Below the pieces are notes generated by a model, which saw only the letters and a program-made list of their open reading frames with translations, was not told where the DNA came from and made no database searches. A program made the position numbers and the translations under genes. This document shows positions 18,764 to 28,114 of a DNA stretch of 64,000 bases, piece by piece (position 1 is the stretch's first letter; each line of letters opens with the position of its first letter). Source of the DNA: an uncultured virus (IMG/VR IMGVR_UViG_3300020048_000028) (lineage: Duplodnaviria > Heunggongvirae > Uroviricota > Caudoviricetes); IMG/VR virus record IMGVR_UViG_3300020048_000028, one strand, 5' to 3'.

Positions 18764-21700
18764 ATGGGATTATTTGATAATAAAGAGAACTACAACACAG
18801 GTCGCTCTTGGCATTTAGACAGACAAAAACATAATAAATCTGAAGATTGGGAAAAACCAATGGATGAGCGTAAGCAGGATTATGCTGATGGTGGTGGGGT
18901 TTTTCCAAAATTATCATCTGATAAAATTAAATTCTATAAACTTGCTGATATTTCAGATTTAGATTTAGAATATGATGGCGATGAAACAGATTTAAGGCTT
19001 CATGGAAGTGAGATGTTAAATTGGGGAGCTGAAACTGAAGCTGAATATAAAGAAGCTACTGATGCTATTGATGCTATAAGCTTCAAAGGTAATGGTTGGG
19101 AAGTTTATGCTTGGTATGATGTAAGTGGCTTTAATTATTGGATGGTTCAACAAGAAGAACAAAATTATATCAACGTAACTATTATGTTTGCTGTTGATTC
19201 TATTGATGCAAGTGAGATTCCTGCAATTAAAAATGCAATGGAATCAGCTTATAGCGAAGCATATTCGATTTCGGAAAAATATGACTATGTTCCAAATTCT
19301 GAATACAAACGAGGTGGTAAAGTAGATGGTCGTAGCACTCGTGCTAAAAATACTTGGAATAGTGGTGCTTCTTGGACAAGAGATAGAAATGCTCATAACA
19401 AATCTGAAGATTGGGAAAAGCCAATGAATAAACGCAAATACGATGAGGGTGGTGGAGTTGACACATATTATAGAGTATTTGATAATCAAAGAGGTATTTA
19501 TTTTGCAACGGGATACAATGCAACTTCTATGAATGAATTGATTGAAGATTTTCAGTCTTATATTTTAGGAGCAAACGAAATAGATTTTGAACATGAACAA
19601 GGAACTGCTGAATACGAACAAGAATTAAATAATTTTTTAGGAACTTGGGATTTGATTTCTGAACATTTACAAGGTGTTGAATTAGAAGAAAGTTCTACTC
19701 CTTTTGAAGATGAATATGAATTTAAAGGAGGTGGACGAATTAAATCTGCTTTAATGCGTGATAGAGCTTATAAATCTAATGAGCCACATGAGCAAGCTTA
19801 CAAAAGAAAAAGTCGTCCAAAAAATCCTCGTTACGCAAAATACGCTGAAGGCGGTGGAGTTGATGAATTTTCAATAAGTAATCCAAAAGATTTAAACGAA
19901 TTTTGGTCTAATGATGAAAATGCAGATACACAAATATTTTTTGTTGAAGAAATGGATAATGAGGATGATAACGATACTTATTATGTCGTTGGTAATCAAA
20001 CAAAAAAATACTACGAAGATAATAAATATTGGGATTATGATTATAGTTTCAAAGATATTAACGATGCTATTAAACAAGCAAAAGAAGATGCTGAAAAACA
20101 TGGTGGTGTTTATGTGAATAACGTTAAACTTGAATACGCTGAAGGTGGCTCAGTAAAAAGCCGTTATAATACAGGTCGTTCTTGGCATTCTGACAGAAGG
20201 CAACATAATAAATCTGAAGATTGGGAAAAGCCTTTAAGTGAAAGAGCATCGGCTAATCGTTCAGCATCTAAAGGTTCAGCAGCTAAAAGTAAATCTCCAA
20301 AAGGTAAATCAAAAAATTATATGTATATCCCTAATTATATGATTAGAGGTGCTGAAGTTAATAATAGTGGTAAGACTACTGATATTGATGGAGGAAATAT
20401 TCTTGATGGTATATATGTTAAGAAAGGAACTAAATACGCTAAAGGTGGTGGAGTTGGAGCAAAAAAATCAAAAAAACAAAAAGCCATTGACCTATTGGTA
20501 AAAAACATAAAATATAGTTTTGTGAATACAGATATGGGTAGCGGTTGGAAATTTGTATTATACGCACCATTCAGTACAAGTGGATATGGAAAAGACGTAT
20601 TAGAAGAAATGAAGTATCTTGATATGTTTGATGCAGATGATATGGGCATAGAAGATTATGATAATTTATCAAAAAAAGATAAGGATTATTATTATAATGA
20701 TTGGAAAAATCAGTTATTTGATACTTATTTTGAAGTTTTTAAAGATAAAGTAACGCCTAAATACTTACACTTTTTTGAAGAAGAATTACAAAAAGATGAA
20801 TTTGGCAATGGAGGAAACGTAGGTCGTGATTTGCTTTTTAAATCAAAACAAAAGTGGGAACAAAATTACGATAGAAAGCGTGAATGGAAAGAATACAAAA
20901 AAGAAGGTTGGTTCGCTAATTGGTTTAAAGATGGCGGTAACGTAGGTCGTGATTTGCTTTTTAAATCAAAACAAAAATGGGAACAAGATTACGATAGAAA
21001 GCGTGAATGGAAAGAATACAAAAAAGAAGGTTGGTTAGCTAATTGGTTTAAAGATGGTGGAGAAGCTAAAGATTTTGACTTTGACGGATTTAGAAAACGA
21101 CAAGCTATCATCTCCGAAGCGGTTAAATTTGCTTTTGTAAGAGCCATAGGTTTTGATGACGCTTATAATTTACTACAAAATGAAGATTTATCTATTAGTC
21201 CTTATCGTTTAGTTGAAAGAGCTGTTAGTGGAGAGTTTATTGGAGTACATGAAATTAATAAAGATGTTATTGAAAGTGCAATAGATGAAGCAAGACGAGT
21301 AACAGGAAGATATAAAGATTCAGGACAAGGTATTGGTAGTAGTGATATGACTGCATTTTTGAAGAATTTTCTTGATAGTGCAGGTTTTAAAACAGCATTT
21401 ATTTCTTCTCGTTTAGAAAGGATAGATGAAAACGGTAACGCAATTAAAGTGAAAAGCGATTTGCCTAATACTACAATGTTTAAATATGGTGGTGGTATAA
21501 AGTCATTATTTAATAAAGCAAAAGAATTAACCAATAAGGGAGTTGATGCAACAAAAAAAGCAATACATGATAAAAAGAAAGAAATTGCTCTTAATGTACT
21601 TTATGATATGAAGGAAAACATTGCACGAGGCAAAGAAGAAATAATCGCAACTGATAGAGCATTTAGAATAGTAGACGAAAAATACGCCAAAGGAGGTAGA

Positions 21701-21976
21701 GTTAAAAACTACAAATACGTTCCTAATCACATGATTGAATCAGTTGATGTAGAGCGTAATGGTAAAACTACTGAAATTGATGGAGGAAATATTCTTGATG
21801 GTCTTTATGTTAAGAATGTTAAGTTTGAAGAAGGTGGATACATCGAAAGAATACCTACTGAAACTCTTGAAGGAATGGTTGGTAGAAAACTAAACGGATG
21901 GAATGATGATGTAGTTATTTATAATGGAGTAGCTTACAAAAAATGTTTCATGCAGCCTTATTATAAAATAGCCTAA
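18764..21976 (+). CDS. modular polyprotein-like protein with 13 [YF]xxGG linkers and KCF C-terminal domain
   Basis: Start likely ATG 18764 after an A-rich leader; repeated NKSEDWEKP and KSKQKWEQ modules. Confidence 0.7.
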   Translation: MGLFDNKENYNTGRSWHLDRQKHNKSEDWEKPMDERKQDYADGGGVFPKLSSDKIKFYKLADISDLDLEYDGDETDLRLHGSEMLNWGAETEAEYKEATDAIDAISFKGNGWEVYAWYDVSGFNYWMVQQEEQNYINVTIMFAVDSIDASEIPAIKNAMESAYSEAYSISEKYDYVPNSEYKRGGKVDGRSTRAKNTWNSGASWTRDRNAHNKSEDWEKPMNKRKYDEGGGVDTYYRVFDNQRGIYFATGYNATSMNELIEDFQSYILGANEIDFEHEQGTAEYEQELNNFLGTWDLISEHLQGVELEESSTPFEDEYEFKGGGRIKSALMRDRAYKSNEPHEQAYKRKSRPKNPRYAKYAEGGGVDEFSISNPKDLNEFWSNDENADTQIFFVEEMDNEDDNDTYYVVGNQTKKYYEDNKYWDYDYSFKDINDAIKQAKEDAEKHGGVYVNNVKLEYAEGGSVKSRYNTGRSWHSDRRQHNKSEDWEKPLSERASANRSASKGSAAKSKSPKGKSKNYMYIPNYMIRGAEVNNSGKTTDIDGGNILDGIYVKKGTKYAKGGGVGAKKSKKQKAIDLLVKNIKYSFVNTDMGSGWKFVLYAPFSTSGYGKDVLEEMKYLDMFDADDMGIEDYDNLSKKDKDYYYNDWKNQLFDTYFEVFKDKVTPKYLHFFEEELQKDEFGNGGNVGRDLLFKSKQKWEQNYDRKREWKEYKKEGWFANWFKDGGNVGRDLLFKSKQKWEQDYDRKREWKEYKKEGWLANWFKDGGEAKDFDFDGFRKRQAIISEAVKFAFVRAIGFDDAYNLLQNEDLSISPYRLVERAVSGEFIGVHEINKDVIESAIDEARRVTGRYKDSGQGIGSSDMTAFLKNFLDSAGFKTAFISSRLERIDENGNAIKVKSDLPNTTMFKYGGGIKSLFNKAKELTNKGVDATKKAIHDKKKEIALNVLYDMKENIARGKEEIIATDRAFRIVDEKYAKGGRVKNYKYVPNHMIESVDVERNGKTTEIDGGNILDGLYVKNVKFEEGGYIERIPTETLEGMVGRKLNGWNDDVVIYNGVAYKKCFMQPYYKIA

Positions 21977-22338
21977 TGAAATTTCAAGTAGTTGATATAG
22001 AAGAAAACAATTATATTGTTGTAGAATATAAGTCAGGGGTAATCCCTGACTTATGTATATCTATGAAAGTTTTATTTTCTTTTGATACTGTTGAAGTTCC
22101 TTTAGATTATGGTTATGGAGAATATGAAACTCATACATCAAAACAAATAGGTGTTTATATAGCAAATGAATTTGATTTAATATGTATTGCCGATAATGAT
22201 GATAATGAATTAGTTTTAGAAGAATCGCAAAATATTTTAGTACATCAAGAATCCGTAGAATATTTTAAAAATCACTTTGAGGGGTATAATTATAACGAAT
22301 TAAGTCGTAACATTAATCTTAACAGTAAGATTAATTAG
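21976..22338 (+). CDS. acidic hypothetical protein
   Basis: Translationally coupled (TAATG). Confidence 0.55.
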   Translation: MKFQVVDIEENNYIVVEYKSGVIPDLCISMKVLFSFDTVEVPLDYGYGEYETHTSKQIGVYIANEFDLICIADNDDNELVLEESQNILVHQESVEYFKNHFEGYNYNELSRNINLNSKIN

Positions 22339-22383
22339 TGAAATACATTAAAAAATATTATAAATAATTTAAAAAATAATAAA

Positions 22384-24171
22384 ATGAGCAACGAAACTAA
22401 TTTAGACTTTGATAATAAAATGGCATTAATTAATTGCGATAGAATATATGAATATGCTATTAAGATTGATGCTATTGTTACTGAAGATACTCAACTTGAA
22501 GATTGGATAAAAATGAAATTAACTATCGTAGAGCAAAACATTGCTGATGTTAAACATTCTCTTTCGGGTTGGGCTAAATTTGAATCAGGAGGAATTATAT
22601 TTAAAAAAGAATTATTGCATATTGCAAAATACGCTAAGGACTTAATTGAAATGATTAAAGGAGGTTCTCAACTTATGAGTTGGCAAGAAAATAAATTAGC
22701 TATTTCTGCTGAAAATATTGATAGCATTTATCATCATTTAGATTATAAAATGGGAAACAGAGCATCTGACTTAAATAAAGATGATGTTGAAGAAATAACC
22801 ATTAATAATTCTATTGAGTATAAGAAAGGTGGTGGAGTTAAAGAAAGAGTTTATCTTAAACAGCCATTATTTATTGAAAAAGATGCTGATGGTTTTTATT
22901 CATTTGATTTTGATTACGGAAGAACAACAGGTTGGGCTTTTGATACTGATGATATTGGAGTTGCTATCTGTATAATGTTAGGTAGTGAATATGCTACTAA
23001 TGAAGAAATTAGAGCTTTAGAGATTAATCCCCGTCAATTAAGAAATGCTGATAGAAAGGATATGTTGTATTGGTTAAGCGGAGGAAATAGAGCTTGGCAA
23101 TATGATTCTGAATATACTGAAAATTTTGATACTATCTATGATGCTATTTGGAAAGATGAGGCTTTAAGAATGAAAAAAGCTATTGTTGAATTTAAAACAA
23201 TAGGTGAAGTAATGGATTTTCTAAATCAAAAATATAAGGAAGATGCTTATTTTTTATACGATGCTCAAGATAAGGGTTATTACCGTAATGAGGAGCAAGA
23301 AGAAATGGATAGAGAGCAAGAAGAAATGGATAGAGCAGATGAGGAATATCGTAAAAATGATGAGTATATAGAATCTTATGCTAAAGAACATTACGTTAAT
23401 AAAGACACTTCTGAAGTAATTTCTGAATTAGTTTCTTATTTTGAAGAAAATGATATTGATTATGATTATGATAGAGTAAAACAACTTGTTTATGGTTATT
23501 ACAAAGAAATGGGTGATAAAACGCTAAATGTGTTTGGAAAAAGAAAATACGCTTTAGGCGGTATTGCTCCTAAAGTTTCAAATAGTGAAGCTCGTAGCAA
23601 GGTAGATTCAAGAACTCCATTTAGAGGAAGTAATGTGGCAGGTGGTTTTATTGGAGATGTTTATCTTGTTGAATCATACGGATATTATCCTTTATTTGTT
23701 TATAAAGATGGAGTGTGGTATGAGAATATGAATAAATTCTCTGCATCTACTGCAAAACAAATGAGTCAAGTAAGACCTAATGCTGAAACTGTATTATCTT
23801 CTTTAAATGAATTAGAGGCTATGTATTCTAAATATGGCAATGGCGGTAACGTAGGTCGTGATTTGATTTTTAAATCAAAACAAAAGTGGGAACAAAATTA
23901 CGACAGAAAGCGTGAATGGAAAGAATACAAAAAAGAAGGTTGGTTCGCTAATTGGTTTAAAGATGGTGGAGAGGCTAAAGAAAATACCTATGCCAATGGT
24001 GGTAATATAGATTCACAAGAAGAAATGCTTAAAAATAATCTTGTTGATGGAGAAATAAGTGCAGATACCTTAAAACGAATTGTAGGCTGTGAACTTTCTT
24101 ATCCTTATCAAATTGTAGGTGCTATTAAACTTCAAAAATGTTTCTTACGTCCTTATTATAAATTAGACTAA
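22384..24171 (+). CDS. modular polyprotein-like protein with 6 [YF]xxGG linkers and KCF C-terminal domain
   Basis: FESGG, YKKGG, YALGG, YGNGG, FKDGG, YANGG; ends KCFLRPYYKLD. Confidence 0.7.
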   Translation: MSNETNLDFDNKMALINCDRIYEYAIKIDAIVTEDTQLEDWIKMKLTIVEQNIADVKHSLSGWAKFESGGIIFKKELLHIAKYAKDLIEMIKGGSQLMSWQENKLAISAENIDSIYHHLDYKMGNRASDLNKDDVEEITINNSIEYKKGGGVKERVYLKQPLFIEKDADGFYSFDFDYGRTTGWAFDTDDIGVAICIMLGSEYATNEEIRALEINPRQLRNADRKDMLYWLSGGNRAWQYDSEYTENFDTIYDAIWKDEALRMKKAIVEFKTIGEVMDFLNQKYKEDAYFLYDAQDKGYYRNEEQEEMDREQEEMDRADEEYRKNDEYIESYAKEHYVNKDTSEVISELVSYFEENDIDYDYDRVKQLVYGYYKEMGDKTLNVFGKRKYALGGIAPKVSNSEARSKVDSRTPFRGSNVAGGFIGDVYLVESYGYYPLFVYKDGVWYENMNKFSASTAKQMSQVRPNAETVLSSLNELEAMYSKYGNGGNVGRDLIFKSKQKWEQNYDRKREWKEYKKEGWFANWFKDGGEAKENTYANGGNIDSQEEMLKNNLVDGEISADTLKRIVGCELSYPYQIVGAIKLQKCFLRPYYKLD

Positions 24172-24213
24172 GTTATTATTCACATAAAATAAAAAATATT
24201 AAAAATAGAAATT

Positions 24214-25455
24214 ATGCAAAAAAACTTAGATGATTTATCAAATGCTCAAGGCTTAGATGAAAGTATAACTGAAAATTATACCAATAATGTAAGAGATGAT
24301 TATTACGGTAATATTAATTGGAAAGGCGATGAGTACAGTAATATTGATTGGAAAGACCCATTTAAAGGACTTAGAAAAACTGTTAAAGCCGCAGGTAAAA
24401 GCATTAAAGATGCAGGTAGAGATGCAGGTAAAAATATTGAAAGAACAACTAAAGAGATTGGTAAGAATATTAAAACTACCACTAAAGAGATTGGTCAAAA
24501 TATAGAGAGAACGACCAAAGAAATTATTAAAAATAAAAATTTAAAAAAGGCTTTAAGTGCTGTATTTTTAAAATACAATCCTGCTGTTGCTATACCAAGA
24601 AGTTCTGCATTATTAGCTTTTAGGGTAAATTTATTTGGTATTTCATCTCGTTTATATCCTGCTTTTTTAGATGAGGAGTCTTTGAAAAAAGGAAACTTTG
24701 ATTTAGCAAATGCAGCGAAAGCAAAAGAGGCTTGGGAAGATGTTGCTAATTTTTGGGAAGATAAATTAGGTGGAGATAGAAATAAATTACGAGAGGCTAT
24801 AAGCGGTGCTTGGAATAAGCCAATTTTTAAAACTAAGAAATCTCAGGCAAGAAGAAGAAGTACAGGTTATCTTGGTTTTTATGGTACAAATGAGTATATT
24901 ACTATGGCAGAAGAAAATTTCTCAGGATGTGACGGGAGTTTTGATGGCATAGATTTAGATAGCATAAATAAAGAAACTTTATTTGGAGATGTTAGCGTTT
25001 TTTATGAAGATGAAAAATATTCTAATTTTGACCCTTGGAGTGATGTTGCTATTGGTATTTATATCAGTTTGGGTTTAAGTGTTATTGGATATATAGCAGG
25101 TGCGATAGGGAAAAAAGGAGCAAGTAAAAATCCTTATAACGATGGAAGTCCTCAAGCTCAAGGTTTTAATACTCAATTACAAGGAGCAGGTACTATACCT
25201 CCTGCTTCTGAAGCTGAATTAGATAAAATAATAGCGGCTGCTAAAGAGGATAGAGAAAAGGGATTAGGTTTAGATAGTACAGGTCTTGACTTAAGACAAT
25301 TAAATGATGATGAAGTAGTAGTTAATAAAGATGGAACTATCAGTAGAAAAAGCGGTAAGATTTTAGGCATACCTAAAACTGCTTTTTGGATTGGAGTGAG
25401 TGTATTGGGAATATTAGCAGGAATTATAATATATAAAAAGTTTATTAAAAAATAA
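24214..25455 (+). CDS. KILG tail-anchored protein, paralogue of 17346
   Basis: DLSNAQGLDES; KDPFKG; WEDKLGG; YITMAEENFSGCDG shared with the putative MCP. Confidence 0.7.
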   Translation: MQKNLDDLSNAQGLDESITENYTNNVRDDYYGNINWKGDEYSNIDWKDPFKGLRKTVKAAGKSIKDAGRDAGKNIERTTKEIGKNIKTTTKEIGQNIERTTKEIIKNKNLKKALSAVFLKYNPAVAIPRSSALLAFRVNLFGISSRLYPAFLDEESLKKGNFDLANAAKAKEAWEDVANFWEDKLGGDRNKLREAISGAWNKPIFKTKKSQARRRSTGYLGFYGTNEYITMAEENFSGCDGSFDGIDLDSINKETLFGDVSVFYEDEKYSNFDPWSDVAIGIYISLGLSVIGYIAGAIGKKGASKNPYNDGSPQAQGFNTQLQGAGTIPPASEAELDKIIAAAKEDREKGLGLDSTGLDLRQLNDDEVVVNKDGTISRKSGKILGIPKTAFWIGVSVLGILAGIIIYKKFIKK

Positions 25456-25459
25456 AAAT

Positions 25460-26143
25460 ATGCAAAATTTAGATTTATTAAACAGAGATAAAATTGAAGA
25501 AACTTTTGGTATCAATGGATATTATGGTGATGGACAAATGATGAATTGGTTTGCTCCTCCTTCTGCTATTAAAAATGTTAGAGGTGTTGATTATGAATCT
25601 ACTCCTTATGGTGTTCCTACTGATGAGTTTGAATGGGTTAAGAGAAATAGATATAACAGAGAAAGAATAGCAAATAATCTTCAAAACACTACTAATATTT
25701 ATCCTTCCGCTTTGCCAAGTGGAGATAGATTAGAAGATTATTTTAATGTTGACGCAGGTGTAGGTAGAGGAGGCGAAGCAGCGGCAGGAGGAGGCTTAGT
25801 TGTTGTTGAAAACATTATTAATAATGAATCTAAGGGTATAAGTACAGGTGGTATTTTTAACGATGTTAAAGCGGTAGCGGTTCAGTCAGCAAAGGCAGAT
25901 TCAATTAAAGTACGCACAGCAAAAGCAGCAGAAACTAAAGCAGAAGCTAAAGCAGAAAATAAATCATCAGATTCTAAAAAAACAGATTCAACTAAAAAAA
26001 CAGACTCAACTAAAAAAGATGCCGATGCCGTAGAAACATCTGATAAAATTTTAGGTATGCCTAAAATGGTTGCTATCGGTTTAGGCGTTGTTATACTTGC
26101 TATCGGTGGCTTTGTAGTTTATAAAAAATTTATTAAAAAATAA
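25460..26143 (+). CDS. KILGMPK tail-anchored protein
   Basis: C-terminal DKILGMPKMVAIGLG...KKFIKK. Confidence 0.7.
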   Translation: MQNLDLLNRDKIEETFGINGYYGDGQMMNWFAPPSAIKNVRGVDYESTPYGVPTDEFEWVKRNRYNRERIANNLQNTTNIYPSALPSGDRLEDYFNVDAGVGRGGEAAAGGGLVVVENIINNESKGISTGGIFNDVKAVAVQSAKADSIKVRTAKAAETKAEAKAENKSSDSKKTDSTKKTDSTKKDADAVETSDKILGMPKMVAIGLGVVILAIGGFVVYKKFIKK

Positions 26144-26146
26144 AAT

Positions 26147-26980
26147 ATGACATTTTCAATTCCTTCAAATGGATTACCGTTCAGCCTTATGGTTGGTATT
26201 AAAACTAATAAGCCTGAAACTATTTGCATAGAGGCTAAAGATGCCTATAAGCCTGATTCTATTTATATAGGTAGAAATGGATTGATTAAAGACGGTTATC
26301 GTGTTTTTGAGTTGAAATTTCCTCAAAGTCCTAAGCTTATGCAAATTTCAATCTTTAATAAATCTAAAGGTAATTATCCAAGTAATGAAGATAAGTCTTT
26401 TGAAATTGTAAAATTTGAACCTAATGAATTAAAAAGCTGTCCTCTTTGGGCTGATAAAGATATTCACAACTTCGTTAAATTTGCACAAGATTTTTGTGGA
26501 AATTCAAGTGTGATTTCGGCAGGAGATTACAAGCCAAGTATTTATCGTTCTGATTGTGGAAAATTCTGCATTGATTATTATAAAAAAATAAGAAATAGAA
26601 AAACAGGTCAATATGTAAGTACCCCTGCAAGAATTGGTCATAGTACAGGTATTATAGAAATATCAAAAAGTGATTTTGATAAATATACTATTCCTATGCG
26701 TATGGCTATTTTGTTGCATGAATTTTCTCATAAATACATGAACCCTAAAATTGGTAGAGAGATTTCTGACGAAGTATCCGCAGACGTTAATGCTCTGAAC
26801 ATATATTTATCTTTAGGTTATCCTCATATCGAAGCTCAATACGCTTTCTTAAAAGTATTTAAAGGTGCTAACAATGAATTTAATAAAAAAAGATATTTAA
26901 TTTTAGATGATTTTATTAAGAAATTTGTTGGAGGCGAACTTGAAAATCGTTGTTTGAATACGCAGCTTCAAAAATCTTAA
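26147..26980 (+). CDS. zincin-type metalloprotease (HExxH)
   Basis: AILLHEFSH followed by ExxAD (DEVSAD), M48/M78-like arrangement. Confidence 0.7.
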   Translation: MTFSIPSNGLPFSLMVGIKTNKPETICIEAKDAYKPDSIYIGRNGLIKDGYRVFELKFPQSPKLMQISIFNKSKGNYPSNEDKSFEIVKFEPNELKSCPLWADKDIHNFVKFAQDFCGNSSVISAGDYKPSIYRSDCGKFCIDYYKKIRNRKTGQYVSTPARIGHSTGIIEISKSDFDKYTIPMRMAILLHEFSHKYMNPKIGREISDEVSADVNALNIYLSLGYPHIEAQYAFLKVFKGANNEFNKKRYLILDDFIKKFVGGELENRCLNTQLQKS

Positions 26981-26989
26981 TTTAATTTT

Positions 26990-27682
26990 GTGAAAAAAAA
27001 AGATGTCGATAAGTTATACGGCTTAGATGGTGGTTGGGATGAGTTGTTACTCACAGCTTATAATCAAACATCTTCTGACGTTTTTTTTAATTTCTTTGAC
27101 CCTCTTATTGTTCAACAAGTGGAAGTTCCAACAACTCCATCTTCGGGTTTTTACATAAGCAGTAGCAATAGTAGTGATAATTATAATCAAGCTGTAAGGG
27201 ATTTTCTTTATAACCCATGTTGGACAAGAAGGATATATGTTTATTCAAAAACTGAACAAAACTTAAATCAAGTAATTAATCATATCTACAAAGATGCCAA
27301 TGGTATCGAATGTCAGATTCCAAGATTTCCAAGTTTATCGGTTGGTATAAATCAGTTTCAGGGTTGGATTGGTGAACTTGATTTCCCGAATAAGGAAACT
27401 GTATTTGGAATAAATCAATGGTTTAAAAATGTTTTAATAAAAGCTAATAGTGAAATAGGCTTTCTTTTGATTTACAAACAAATTGATAAAAGTAATATGT
27501 TATCGGTATCGAATAATTGTGATTATTGTCCTGCTGAATTAAGAAAATGGAATGAAGATGATTTGTTGCTTAACGATTATTCTTTAGTTTCTGAATTTAA
27601 GCAGAATATGTATGAAGGTGAAACTCAACCTGCCGTCAGACCTTTTGATTTTTCGATATTAAAAGAATGGCAAGGAAAATAG
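26990..27682 (+). CDS. paralogue of the putative capsid protein (minor capsid?)
   Basis: YNQ...NP...NQVI..YKDANG.ECQIP...NQFQ; GTG start. Confidence 0.6.
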   Translation: MKKKDVDKLYGLDGGWDELLLTAYNQTSSDVFFNFFDPLIVQQVEVPTTPSSGFYISSSNSSDNYNQAVRDFLYNPCWTRRIYVYSKTEQNLNQVINHIYKDANGIECQIPRFPSLSVGINQFQGWIGELDFPNKETVFGINQWFKNVLIKANSEIGFLLIYKQIDKSNMLSVSNNCDYCPAELRKWNEDDLLLNDYSLVSEFKQNMYEGETQPAVRPFDFSILKEWQGK

Positions 27683-27780
27683 TATTTATTAACCTAAAAT
27701 GTGTTTAAAACTATATCAGTATAATAAAATTAACATCAAGATAAATTATATATTTAAAACAAAATTTAAAACTTAAAAAC

Positions 27781-27930
27781 ATGGCAAAAACAGTTAAATC
27801 CGCAAACAAGGATAGAATGACAATGATTCAAGGCGAAGCTAAGAAAATTTGGGCAGAAGGTAAATGCAAAAAATATTCGGATGCGGTGAAACAGGCTTGT
27901 GTGTCGCTGAAGAAGCAAGGTAAGATGTAA
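27781..27930 (+). CDS. 49-aa basic helical protein (not in ORF track), possible DNA-condensing protein
   Basis: MAKTVKSANKDRMTMIQGEAKKIWAEGKCKKYSDAVKQACVSLKKQGKM; A-rich leader. Confidence 0.65.
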   Translation: MAKTVKSANKDRMTMIQGEAKKIWAEGKCKKYSDAVKQACVSLKKQGKM

Positions 27931-28114
27931 TTTTTCATAAAATAAATTGGCGATGAGTTCCATCCTTTCAGCCTTTGGATATGAAAGTTCAACTGTTAAC
28001 GCAGCTCAGTTTGTCGATGAATTAGGAATAAAACATCAAATGTTAAGGTTTGTATAAGTTTTTAAGAACGGTAAGAGTGCAAATGAAAAAAATGAAAATT
28101 AAATTATAAAACGA

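Noticed and set aside
27931..28114. Slightly GC-richer intergenic stretch as a possible ncRNA
   Set aside because: I could not find convincing nested helices by eye.
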